From positions 1 through 49,762 of the forward strand of contig JAZRPO010000075.1 in NCBI GenBank assembly GCA_045649265.1: DNA of 49,762 nucleotides, written 5' to 3'. Under the pieces are notes generated by a model. It did no database searches. It was not told the DNA's origin and saw nothing but the letters and a program-made list of their open reading frames with translations. Source of the DNA: Eubacteriales bacterium. GTDB taxonomy: Bacteria > Bacillota > Clostridia > Oscillospirales > JAAYXM01. How positions within the stretch are numbered: the stretch's first letter is position 1; each line of letters begins with the position of its first letter. Position numbers and translations under genes: made by a program. Positions 1 through 9,250 of this stretch are shown here, piece after piece.

Positions 1-3000
1 ACACGAAGAGTTGTTCTGTCTATAACCCTTACAAACTCCGTGTTAATTCGCTCAGGGAAAAGCTCGTTATTCTCAAATCCAGGGCCTATTCTTGCAAGGT
101 CTATGGCATCAATCTCATCTGCAAAAACAACACAATGCGGATTGCCTACCGAAAGGCAGGTTGACCTGTATGCCTTTCCGAATACCGATATCTGAAAATC
201 TATCATCTTCTCAGACGAGGATTTCGCCGGAATATCTTTTGAAAAAAGGCTCGCTCTGCCCATATCTACCGACACAGAATTGACAACACCGTCTCTGAGA
301 TAGAGTTTCATTCGATAAATTCCGCTTGCTGTTTCAATGGATATGTTTTCGCTTTTCACATAACCCTTGTCGTATAAAAGCTTCGCAACGCAACGGATAT
401 TATTTCCTGCCATTTTGCCCTCGCTGCCATCTCTGTTAAACGTTCGCATTTTTGCATCCGCATTTTGCGAGCGCTCAATCAGGACGATGCCGTCACCACC
501 GATGCCGTAATGCTCCTTGCAGAGACTTACGCAGAGCGATTCGGGACAAGTGAGCTTACCGTCAAAGTTTTCTATAAAAATATAGTCGTTTCCGCATGAG
601 TGCATTTTTGAAAAGCCAATCTTCTGGCGTTGCGTCCGCATTGCATTTATATCAACAAGCTCCGTATTTTCCAGAGTAAAGCCGCTTTCGATGATATCTG
701 CAAGTGCGTTTGCGGTATCAAGAGATGTCAGGCACGGAATCCCGAGCTGCATTGCGCGGCGGTGAAGCTTTATATAATCTCCGACGGTTGCATCACGAAC
801 TGCTCCCGTATAGATTACATAGCTTATGCTGCCACTCTCCATAAGACGATATACGCCGTCGCCCTCGTCTGCATTTTCAACCGAGGTGACTGCGATTCCG
901 GCATTGGCGATTGCGTTTGCTGTGCCACGGGTCGCAAAGAGACTGATGCCTGCATCATAAAAGCGTTTTGCAACCGAAATGACTTCCTGATAGTCGTTCT
1001 CCTCTACACTTATCAGAATTCCATGCAGTTTATCTCCGCCGACTGACGGAAGCGTAAAGCCTGCTGATGTGAGGCCTTTAAAGAGCGCCTCTGCCATAGT
1101 TTTTCCTATTCCGAGAACTTCACCCGTTGACTTCATCTCAGGGCCGAGAATTGAATTAACATCACTCAATTTCTCAAACGAGAAAACAGGAACCTTTACC
1201 GCAAAATACGGCGGTGTACGATATAGCCCCGTTCCATAGCCCATATCCGAAAGCTTCTCGCCGAGCATAACTCGCGATGCTATGTCAACCATAGGAACAT
1301 TCGTAACCTTGCTTATATAAGGCACCGTTCTTGATGCTCTGGGGTTTACCTCGATTACATAAAGCTCGTTATCGTATATGAGATATTGAATATTGACAAG
1401 CCCTTTTGTTTTCATCGCAAGGGCAAGCTTTTCAGAACAATCGCATATCTTCTGCAAAAATTTGTCGGTGAGGTTGTAGGGCGGATATACGGCGATAGAG
1501 TCTCCACTATGGACTCCTGCACGCTCAATATGCTCCATAATGCCAGGAATGAGAACATCCTCACCGTCTGAAATGACATCTACTTCAAGCTCCGTACCCG
1601 GCATATATTTATCGACCAAAACCGGATTTTCGATTTTCCCGGAAAGGATTGTTTCCATATACCGTTTTGTCTGCTCGGGGCTTCTTGAAATTGTCATATT
1701 CTGACCGCCAATTACGTATGACGGACGAAGGAGCACCGGATATCCAAAGCTCTCTGCCGCATTCAACGCCTCTTCGACCGTAAGAACACCCATTCCCTTG
1801 GGGCGTTTTATCGAGAAGGTTTCAAGCAGCTCATCAAAACGGGCACGGTCCTCTGCCATATCGATACTTTCAGCAGACGTGCCGAGGATTTTAACGCCTG
1901 CATCATCAAGAAACTTTGTAAGCTTTATCGCAGTCTGCCCACCAAATGCAACAACCACTCCGATTGGGTTTTCAACTTTGATAATGTTCATTACATCCTC
2001 AGGCGTAAGCGGCTCAAAATACAGCCTGTCTGCTGTATCATAGTCCGTGGAGACTGTTTCCGGATTGTTGTTGACAATTACAACATCATATCCCATTTCA
2101 CGAAGAGTCCAGACACAGTGAACAGAGCTGTAATCAAACTCTATCCCCTGCCCGATTCTTATAGGGCCTGACCCGAGCACCATTACAACAGGCTTTCCGC
2201 TTCGATGCTCAGCCCTCGCTTCACAGTCGCCGGTTGCCGAGGAATAGAAATATGATTTAACGGCAGGTGCGCCATCACGACAGGTATTAACCTTTTTGTA
2301 CGCAAGCTCAAATTCAGGGAAAGCACTCTCGTCCGCAAGTTGTGAAATTGCCTTGTCGGTATAACCGAGTTTCTTTGCTTCGATATAAATTTCTTTGGAA
2401 ATGCCCTCTTTTTCAAGCTTTCTCTCGAAATTACAGAGGTTTAAAAGCTTATTTAAAAACCACTTGTCAATTTTTGTGATCTTGTATATTTCATCAATCG
2501 AAATACCCTTTTTGAGCGCTTCGAATACGGTGAAAATCCTTCTGTCATTTTGCTCTTCGAGGCGCTCTGCAACGGGTTTGTCGCTGAGCGGAGCTGCGTT
2601 CAGAGTATCAAGAGAAATTTCAGCACCCCTTACAGCCTTTATAAGAGCCTCTTCAAAGCATGAACCTATTGCCATAACCTCTCCCGTTGCCTTCATCTGG
2701 GTTCCGAGCTTTCTGTCAGACTCTGAAAACTTATCAAAAGGCCATTTGGGGAATTTTACAACAACATAATCGACCTTCGGCTCAAAGAAAAAAGAGCCGC
2801 TACCCGTCATATCGTTTTTAATTTCATCAAGATTATAGCCGAGGGCTATTTTTGTCGTGATCTTTGCTATCGGGTAGCCCGTAGCCTTTGATGCGAGCGC
2901 AGATGAGCGCGAAACGCGCGGATTGACTTCTATTACCGCATACTCCATACTATCCGGTTTTAAGGCAAACTGGCAGTTACAACCGCCGATAATGCCTATT

Positions 3001-3821
3001 GAAGAGACTATATCAAGCGATGCTTTATACAGCATCTGGTACTCGGCTTCTGTGAGCGTAAGTGCAGGGGCTGCAACGATAGAGTCGCCCGTGTGGACAC
3101 CGACGGGGTCAATGTTTTCCATTGAACAGACTGCTATTGCGTTTCCTTCGGCATCACGCATCGTTTCAAACTCGATTTCCTTCCATCCGGAAATACACTT
3201 TTCGACGAGAATCTGGGTTATCGGAGACATATCAAGCCCGCTTTTTGCGATAACGGAAAGCTCTTCCTTCGTGTTGGCAATGCCTCCGCCTGTACCACCG
3301 AGAGTAAAGGCAGGCCTGACTATTACGGGATAGCCTATTCTCTCCGCTATATCAAGCGCATCCTGAACATTATCCGTAACATCTGACGGAACGCAGGGCT
3401 TTCCTATGTTACGCATTGCGTTTCTGAAAAGCTCTCTGTCCTCAGCGGTTTCTATCGCATCAACATTTGTTCCGAGGAGGCGAACATTGTATTTGTCAAG
3501 CGTACCGTCGCGAAATAGCTGCATGGCTATTGTGAGCCCTGTCTGGCCGCCGAGCCCTGCAAGAAGCCCGTCCGGGCGCTCTTTTTCAATAATTCTTCTG
3601 ACGGTATCACAGTTGAGCGGCTCTAAATATATTTCATCTGCGAGATTCTTATCCGTCATAATTGTTGCAGGGTTTGAGTTTACGAGCACAACATTTATGC
3701 CCTCTTCACGAAGAACACGGCAAGCCTGTGCACCGGCATAGTCAAACTCAGCTGCCTGACCTATGATTATCGGACCGGAGCCTATAACAAGAACTTTTGA
3801 AACTGTGTTATCCTTAGGCAT
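1..3821 (-). CDS. carB: Carbamoyl-phosphate synthase large subunit fused in frame to a C-terminal DapF-like (diaminopimelate epimerase fold) domain; runs off the left window edge (>1270 aa)
   Basis: ATG at 3821 after GAGGAGG. Reads MPKDNTVSKVLVIGSGPIIIGQAAEFDYAG..., GVHTGDS, IEVNPRVSRSSALASKATGYPIAK, then a second LGSGPIRIGQGIEFDY half and an MGS-like domain. From about 620 the same frame reads FSKMHSCGNDY..GIGGDG..FNRDGSEGKMAGNNIRC..VGNPH..FPERINTEFV. It is absent from the ORF track, consistent with no stop before the edge. Confidence 0.93.
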   Translation of the reverse strand, partial: MPKDNTVSKVLVIGSGPIIIGQAAEFDYAGAQACRVLREEGINVVLVNSNPATIMTDKNLADEIYLEPLNCDTVRRIIEKERPDGLLAGLGGQTGLTIAMQLFRDGTLDKYNVRLLGTNVDAIETAEDRELFRNAMRNIGKPCVPSDVTDNVQDALDIAERIGYPVIVRPAFTLGGTGGGIANTKEELSVIAKSGLDMSPITQILVEKCISGWKEIEFETMRDAEGNAIAVCSMENIDPVGVHTGDSIVAAPALTLTEAEYQMLYKASLDIVSSIGIIGGCNCQFALKPDSMEYAVIEVNPRVSRSSALASKATGYPIAKITTKIALGYNLDEIKNDMTGSGSFFFEPKVDYVVVKFPKWPFDKFSESDRKLGTQMKATGEVMAIGSCFEEALIKAVRGAEISLDTLNAAPLSDKPVAERLEEQNDRRIFTVFEALKKGISIDEIYKITKIDKWFLNKLLNLCNFERKLEKEGISKEIYIEAKKLGYTDKAISQLADESAFPEFELAYKKVNTCRDGAPAVKSYFYSSATGDCEARAEHRSGKPVVMVLGSGPIRIGQGIEFDYSSVHCVWTLREMGYDVVIVNNNPETVSTDYDTADRLYFEPLTPEDVMNIIKVENPIGVVVAFGGQTAIKLTKFLDDAGVKILGTSAESIDMAEDRARFDELLETFSIKRPKGMGVLTVEEALNAAESFGYPVLLRPSYVIGGQNMTISRSPEQTKRYMETILSGKIENPVLVDKYMPGTELEVDVISDGEDVLIPGIMEHIERAGVHSGDSIAVYPPYNLTDKFLQKICDCSEKLALAMKTKGLVNIQYLIYDNELYVIEVNPRASRTVPYISKVTNVPMVDIASRVMLGEKLSDMGYGTGLYRTPPYFAVKVPVFSFEKLSDVNSILGPEMKSTGEVLGIGKTMAEALFKGLTSAGFTLPSVGGDKLHGILISVEENDYQEVISVAKRFYDAGISLFATRGTANAIANAGIAVTSVENADEGDGVYRLMESGSISYVIYTGAVRDATVGDYIKLHRRAMQLGIPCLTSLDTANALADIIESGFTLENTELVDINAMRTQRQKIGFSKMHSCGNDYIFIENFDGKLTCPESLCVSLCKEHYGIGGDGIVLIERSQNADAKMRTFNRDGSEGKMAGNNIRCVAKLLYDKGYVKSENISIETASGIYRMKLYLRDGVVNSVSVDMGRASLFSKDIPAKSSSEKMIDFQISVFGKAYRSTCLSVGNPHCVVFADEIDAIDLARIGPGFENNELFPERINTEFVRVIDRTTLR

Positions 3822-3856
3822 TCACCCTGCCTCCTCAAATAAGAATGTGTTTCTTT

Positions 3857-4840
3857 TTATAAAGTTGCCGCCATTACAGCTTTAATAGTGTGCATACGGT
3901 TTTCCGCCTCATCAAAGACGATAGAGCGTTCGCTTTCTATTACTTCGTCTGTAACTTCCATTTCGGAAATACCGAATTTTTCATAAATATCACGGCCTAC
4001 AGTTGTTTTGAGGTCGTGGAAAGCAGGAAGACAATGCATAAACACGCAGTCTTCGCCTGCGTTATCCATAAGCTTCATATTTACTTGATACGGAAGAAGC
4101 TCTGCTATTCTCTCCTTCCATACCTCCTCAGGCTCACCCATGGAAACCCAGACATCGGTATAGATAACATTTGCATTCTTTGTAGCTTCCTCAGGGTTTT
4201 CAATAAACTCAATTACGGCGCCGGTTTCCTTTGCAATTTCGCGGCATTTTTCAACAAGCTCATCTGCCGGAAAATACTTTTTCGGTGCGCATGCTACAAA
4301 GTGCATTCCCATTTTTGCGCAGCCAACCATAAGAGAGTTGCCCATATTATACCTCGCGTCGCCCATATAGACGAGTTTTATGCCGGAGAGGGAACCGAAA
4401 CGCTCTTTGATTGTAAGAAAATCTGCAAGAATCTGAGTAGGATGAAACTCATTTGTAAGCCCATTCCATACAGGGACACCTGCATATTTTGCAAGCTCCT
4501 CTACAATCTCCTGACCAAATCCGCGATACTCTATACCGTCAAACATTCTGCCAAGAACGCGCGCGGTATCTGCGATGCTTTCTTTTTTGCCAATCTGCGA
4601 GCCCTGCGGGTCGAGATATACAGGGTGCATCCCAAGGTCAGCTGCCGCAACCTCAAAGGCGCAGCGTGTGCGAGTGCTTGTCTTTTCAAATATGAGAGCA
4701 ATGTTCTTGCCCTTGCAGGATCTGTGCGAAATTCCGCGCTGCTTCTTCGTTTTCAGCTTTTCGGCAAATTCAATAAGATAGTTGATCTCCTCAGGTGTAA
4801 AGTCAAGAAGTTTCAGAAAGCTTTTCCCTTTCAAATTCAT
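3857..4840 (-). CDS. argF: Ornithine carbamoyltransferase
   Basis: [20 protein letters not shown] and HCLP motifs. Start moved to ATG 4840 (MNLKGKSF) after GAAAGGA. Confidence 0.95.
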   Translation of the reverse strand: MNLKGKSFLKLLDFTPEEINYLIEFAEKLKTKKQRGISHRSCKGKNIALIFEKTSTRTRCAFEVAAADLGMHPVYLDPQGSQIGKKESIADTARVLGRMFDGIEYRGFGQEIVEELAKYAGVPVWNGLTNEFHPTQILADFLTIKERFGSLSGIKLVYMGDARYNMGNSLMVGCAKMGMHFVACAPKKYFPADELVEKCREIAKETGAVIEFIENPEEATKNANVIYTDVWVSMGEPEEVWKERIAELLPYQVNMKLMDNAGEDCVFMHCLPAFHDLKTTVGRDIYEKFGISEMEVTDEVIESERSIVFDEAENRMHTIKAVMAATL

Positions 4841-4862
4841 AATTAAATCTATCCTTTCGCAG

Positions 4863-6026
4863 TTATTCTTCACATACCTTTGCAATAATTTCTATAGCCT
4901 CGCGCAAGGTTTCATTTTCTATATTCAGTGGAGGAAGCAGGCGAACCTTATCCTTTGCGGTAAGACAAAGAACTCCGCGCTTCATACAAGCTTTTACTAC
5001 CGCTCCTGCCGGCTTTTTGGTTTTTATTCCAACCATCAGCCCCATACCACTGACAGCCTCAACCCCTTTACACTCAGAAAGGGTTTTAAAAATGTATTCA
5101 CTCTTTTCTCTTACATCTGATAGGAGCTTTTCATCAATTCGAGAAAGGATACTTAATGCGCCAGCCGCTGCAATGGGGTTTCCCCCAAAGGTTGAACCGT
5201 GGTCACCAAAACCCAGAACGCTCTCAACCTTTGCAGAAAGAAGCGCTGCTCCTATCGGGAGACCGCCGCCAAGCCCTTTTGCAGTAGTAACTACATCAGG
5301 CTTTATTCCGAAGCTCATATATGAATAGAGCTTGCCGCTTCTACCGTTACCCGTCTGCACTTCGTCAATGATGAGGATAATATCGTTTTGTTCTGCAAAC
5401 GCAGCTGTTTTTTTCACAAAATCAGCATCAAGGGCGATTACTCCGCCCTCCCCCTGAACACATTCCATCATTATAGCGGCGCATTTGTTTTTCAATGCTG
5501 CTTTTTCAAGAGCTGCAAAATCGTTTGCGGGAGTGTGAACAAACCCCGGAGTGAGCGGCTTGAAAAGCTCGTGATAATGCTCCTGACCCGTTGCGGCAAG
5601 AGTCGTGAGAGTTCTGCCGTGAAAACTGTTTTCAAGGGTCAGGATTGTAAAATAATCCTCCCCCTTCTTATCTGCAGCATATTTTCTCGCAACCTTTATG
5701 GCACATTCGTTTGCCTCTGCACCCGAGTTGCAGAAGAACACCTTTTTCATTGCTGTTTTTTCGCAAAGAAGCTCTGCAAGCTTTGCACAAGGCTCTGTAT
5801 AATAGAGATTCGACGTGTGCGCAAGCTTTGAAGCCTGCTCACTTACCGCCGCAACCCAAAGCTCGTCTGAAAAGCCGAAAGCGTTTACGCCGATTCCCGT
5901 GCCCATATCTATATATCTTTTTCCGTCTGCATCAAAGGCTTCCGAACCTTTCCCATTGACAATTTCTATCGGAAAACGGTTATATGTATTTGCAACATAG
6001 GCCTTATCTGTCTCTATAATGCTCAT
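4863..6026 (-). CDS. argD: Acetylornithine aminotransferase
   Basis: Class-III aminotransferase motifs [36 protein letters not shown]; lies in the arg operon. Confidence 0.93.
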   Translation of the reverse strand: MSIIETDKAYVANTYNRFPIEIVNGKGSEAFDADGKRYIDMGTGIGVNAFGFSDELWVAAVSEQASKLAHTSNLYYTEPCAKLAELLCEKTAMKKVFFCNSGAEANECAIKVARKYAADKKGEDYFTILTLENSFHGRTLTTLAATGQEHYHELFKPLTPGFVHTPANDFAALEKAALKNKCAAIMMECVQGEGGVIALDADFVKKTAAFAEQNDIILIIDEVQTGNGRSGKLYSYMSFGIKPDVVTTAKGLGGGLPIGAALLSAKVESVLGFGDHGSTFGGNPIAAAGALSILSRIDEKLLSDVREKSEYIFKTLSECKGVEAVSGMGLMVGIKTKKPAGAVVKACMKRGVLCLTAKDKVRLLPPLNIENETLREAIEIIAKVCEE

Positions 6027-6027
6027 T

Positions 6028-6891
6028 TTAACCTCCGGTTACCATTGTTCCTGCGCCCTCATTTGTGAGAAGCTCCATAAGAATGGAGTGAGGAACGCGA
6101 CCGTCCATAATAATTACTTTCTTTACGCCCTCGCGAATTGCTTCAATACAACAATCCACCTTTGGGATCATGCCTCCTGAAATTACGCCGTCAGCATATA
6201 GTTTTTCTGCGTCTTTAAGTGTTATTTCAGGGATGAGGGTTGTTGGGTCATCCTTATCACGCAAAATGCCGGCAATGTCCGTCATCATTATAAGCCGCTC
6301 TGCTCCCAGCGCACCTGCAATGTGAGCTGCCGCCGTGTCACCGTTGATGTTATATGTGTTACCGTCTATGTCGCAGCCGACAGTTGAAATTACGGGGATA
6401 TAATTTTTTTCCAGAAGGTCAACAACCGGCTTTATGTTAATTTTTGTGATTGCCCCGACATAGCCGAGCCTTTCATCCTTCATCTGAGCTTCGATAAGAC
6501 GCCCATCCATACCAGAAATCCCCATTGCTCTGCCGCCCTTTGCTTCTAGCAGAGTGACGAGGGTTTTGTTTACTTTGCCGGCAAGGACCATCTGGACAAT
6601 ATCAACAGTTTCCTTATCCGTCACGCGAAGCCCGTCTACAAACTCCGGCTTCTTGCCCAGCCGCTGCATAATATCGCTGATTTCGGGACCGCCTCCGTGA
6701 ACGAGGACAATTTTCACTCCGATAAGCCAAAGGAGAACAATATCCTCCATAACCTGCTGTTTGAGCTGCTCATCAACCATTGCGTTGCCACCGTATTTAA
6801 CGACAACAATTTTTCCGTTGTATCTTTTTATGTGAGGAAGCGCCTGAGTCAATACCTCTGCGCGCTCTGCATTCGAAAAAACATTTCCCAT
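6028..6891 (-). CDS. argB: Acetylglutamate kinase
   Basis: VKYGGNAM, VHGGGPEI, GLRVTD, GGMIPKV. Has an N-terminal extension typical of the arginine-sensitive form. Confidence 0.95.
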   Translation of the reverse strand: MGNVFSNAERAEVLTQALPHIKRYNGKIVVVKYGGNAMVDEQLKQQVMEDIVLLWLIGVKIVLVHGGGPEISDIMQRLGKKPEFVDGLRVTDKETVDIVQMVLAGKVNKTLVTLLEAKGGRAMGISGMDGRLIEAQMKDERLGYVGAITKINIKPVVDLLEKNYIPVISTVGCDIDGNTYNINGDTAAAHIAGALGAERLIMMTDIAGILRDKDDPTTLIPEITLKDAEKLYADGVISGGMIPKVDCCIEAIREGVKKVIIMDGRVPHSILMELLTNEGAGTMVTGG

Positions 6892-6908
6892 TTTCTTTAA
6901 CCTCCGGA

Positions 6909-8123
6909 TTATGTGCGATAATCGCCGTTAATTTTGACGTAATCATATGTAAGGTCGCAACCCCAGGCAGTAGCACCATATGCTCCGTTGCCGAGAGAAA
7001 TGATAATTGCGATTTCATTTTCAAGAAGAATTTCCTTCGCCTTTTCCTCTGAAAATTCAACGCCTGCGCCGTTTTTGCAGACGAGGATTTCTCCCTTTTT
7101 GCTTTTAAAGGAAACGTCTACTTTTTCGACATCGACATCTGCACCACTGTAACCAATAGCGCATAAAACTCTGCCCCAGTTTGCATCCGCGCCAAACATT
7201 GCGGCTTTTAAGAGGCTTGAACAGATTACACTCTTCGCAACTGTTTTTGCACAGTCCTCGCTCTGCGCCCCGTCAACGACACATTCGAGGAGCTTTGTTG
7301 CTCCCTCGCCGTCCGCAGCAATCATACGGCACAGATAAACAGTTACCGTGTTGAGCGCTTTCATAAATTCGTTAAACTCGGCTCCCTCGCACGTGATTTC
7401 ATCATTTTCTGCCATACCGTTTGCAAGAATTGCAACCATATCGTTTGTGGAGGTGTCGCCGTCTATACTTATCATATTAAAGGTGTTTTTGATATCTGAG
7501 GAGAGTGCTTTTTTGAGCATTTGGGAGCTAATGGCAACGTCGGTTGTGATAAACACAAGCATTGTAGCCATATTGGGATGAATCATTCCGCTGCCCTTTG
7601 CAATTCCTCCCATATGACAAACTTTCCCGCCGATCGAAAACTCAACTGCAATCTCTTTTTTTGATACATCGGTTGTCATTATTCCCTCAGCAGCAGCTTC
7701 GCTGCCATTCTTTGAAAGACCTTTTGCAAGCTTGCCGATTCCGTTTGCAATGGGGGTAACATCAAGAGGCTGGCCTATGACACCCGTTGATGCAACAACA
7801 ACATCACCCGGCGAGATGCTCATCTCATTTGCACAAAGCCCACACATTTTTTCTGCGATTTCAATTCCGTCTGCATTGCATGTATTTGCATTTCCACTAT
7901 TGCAGATTATCGCCTGAGCCTTGCCGTCTGCAAGATTGCGCTTCGTAACGGTGAGCGGAGCACCCTTTACAAGGTTTGTTGTGTAAACCGCTGCAGCCGA
8001 AGCCTGAGCTTCGCTGAATATTAAAGCGAGATCTCGTTTTGATTTGTTTTTACGGATTCCGCAGTGAATTCCGTTTGCTGAAAAGCCCTTTGCGGCACAA
8101 ACGCCGCCCTCAATTATCTTCAT
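6909..8123 (-). CDS. argJ: Glutamate N-acetyltransferase / ornithine acetyltransferase
   Basis: NSGNAN, STGVIG, KGSGMIHPNMATML (autoproteolysis site), DGDTSTND, DGEGATK, Y-V-K-I-N-G-D-Y-R-T C-terminus. ATG 8123 follows GGAGG. Confidence 0.95.
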   Translation of the reverse strand: MKIIEGGVCAAKGFSANGIHCGIRKNKSKRDLALIFSEAQASAAAVYTTNLVKGAPLTVTKRNLADGKAQAIICNSGNANTCNADGIEIAEKMCGLCANEMSISPGDVVVASTGVIGQPLDVTPIANGIGKLAKGLSKNGSEAAAEGIMTTDVSKKEIAVEFSIGGKVCHMGGIAKGSGMIHPNMATMLVFITTDVAISSQMLKKALSSDIKNTFNMISIDGDTSTNDMVAILANGMAENDEITCEGAEFNEFMKALNTVTVYLCRMIAADGEGATKLLECVVDGAQSEDCAKTVAKSVICSSLLKAAMFGADANWGRVLCAIGYSGADVDVEKVDVSFKSKKGEILVCKNGAGVEFSEEKAKEILLENEIAIIISLGNGAYGATAWGCDLTYDYVKINGDYRT

Positions 8124-8139
8124 CGTAAACAATCCTCCG

Positions 8140-9063
8140 TTATACGTTTAATCCTGTTTTTTCATCTGTGCCGAGAAGCAGATTCATGTTCTGAATCGCC
8201 GCTCCGGAAGCGCCCTTGCCCAGATTATCAAATCTGGAAACAAGAAGAATTCTTTCATCGTTTCCATAGACTGACACTTCCATATCATCACGGCCTGAAA
8301 ACGCTGAAGCAGAAAGAAAACCGCCCTCATCGTTATTTTCGCAAAAATGAACAAGCCCTTTTTCATAATATTTTTCATATATTGACTTAATATCGCTAAT
8401 ACCGCCTGATATATCCTTTCTGAAAAGAGGAATCGTGACTTCCATTCCGCTATAGTACGGAGCAACTATCGGGCAGAAAACCGGCGCATTTTCAAGCTCG
8501 CATTGTGCTGAAATCTCAGGAAGATGCTTATGCGCCTGCGAAAGACCGTACATCCTGGGAGCTGAGAGAAGCGAAGATTTTTCTTCTGCCTCATACTCTG
8601 CAATCATTTTCTTTCCGCCGCCGGAATATCCCGTAAGCGACAAGCAGGAAAGCTTTGCACTTCGGCAGAGAAGCCCTGCTTCAACAAGAGGAGCTATAAG
8701 AGCTATCGCACCGCTTGCATGGCAACCCGGATTTGCAATACGTTTGGAAGAAATTATTTCTTCCCGCCTGCCGGAAAGCTCCGGAAAACCATATGCCCAG
8801 CCCACTGCCGTGCGATGCGCGGTTGATGTGTCAATAACCGCAGTGGAATCGTTTTCTATAAACGAAACAGACTCTATCGCTGCCGCATCAGGGAGACACA
8901 AAAAAACAATATCTGCACAATTCAGCTTTTCACGCCTTGCTTCCGCATCTTTTCTTTTTTCTTCACTGAGCGAAAGAAGCTCTATATCTCGCCTCTGTGC
9001 CAACCGCTCATAAATCCTGAGCCCAGTTGTGCCTGCGCTGCCGTCAATAAACACTTTTGTCAT
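8140..9063 (-). CDS. argC: N-acetyl-gamma-glutamyl-phosphate reductase (short type-2 form)
   Basis: VFIDGSAGTTGL, IANPGCH, GYSGGGK, DNLGKGASGAAIQNMN. Confidence 0.94.
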   Translation of the reverse strand: MTKVFIDGSAGTTGLRIYERLAQRRDIELLSLSEEKRKDAEARREKLNCADIVFLCLPDAAAIESVSFIENDSTAVIDTSTAHRTAVGWAYGFPELSGRREEIISSKRIANPGCHASGAIALIAPLVEAGLLCRSAKLSCLSLTGYSGGGKKMIAEYEAEEKSSLLSAPRMYGLSQAHKHLPEISAQCELENAPVFCPIVAPYYSGMEVTIPLFRKDISGGISDIKSIYEKYYEKGLVHFCENNDEGGFLSASAFSGRDDMEVSVYGNDERILLVSRFDNLGKGASGAAIQNMNLLLGTDEKTGLNV

Positions 9064-9115
9064 CTTGATACCCCATTTGCCTTTGTATTAAAAAAAATAC
9101 TCCACTTTTTTCAAA

Positions 9116-9214
9116 TATGAATTATTATACAATCAAACATCCTGTTTGTCAAGCACCTATTCCATAATTATTTATTTTTATTGAATAATATTCATTGTTT
9201 GTGCATAATATGCG
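9116..9214. promoter_or_regulatory. ArgR (ARG box)-like operators
   Basis: TATGAATTATTATACAAT (9116-9133) overlaps the -10 element. Further box-like sites: 9161-9174 (weak), TGAATAATATTCA at 9182-9194, TGCATAATATGCG at 9202-9214. Confidence 0.7.
9124..9152 (-). promoter_or_regulatory. SigA promoter of the arg operon
   Basis: TTGACA-17 nt-TATAAT on the minus strand, about 60 nt upstream of argC. Confidence 0.85.
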
Positions 9215-9244
9215 GCACCATCTCCACAGAGACAGCGCCGCATT
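9210..9244 (-). terminator. Hairpin downstream of the YgjV-like gene, probable terminator
   Basis: ATGCGGCGCTGTCTC-TGTG-GAGATGGTGCCGCAT stem with G-U pairs; weak U tract. Confidence 0.55.
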
Positions 9245-9250
9245 AAAATT

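Noticed and set aside
596-660. An independent dapF start at the carB junction
   Set aside because: No stop ends carB, and no suitably spaced SD precedes the in-frame ATGs, so it is treated as a fusion.
92-3741. Many plus-strand ORFs over carB, and similar ORFs opposite the arg, clp and ribosomal genes (for example 3890-4846 and 40797-41474)
   Set aside because: They are antisense or alternate-frame shadows of well-supported genes, with no RBS or recognisable motifs.
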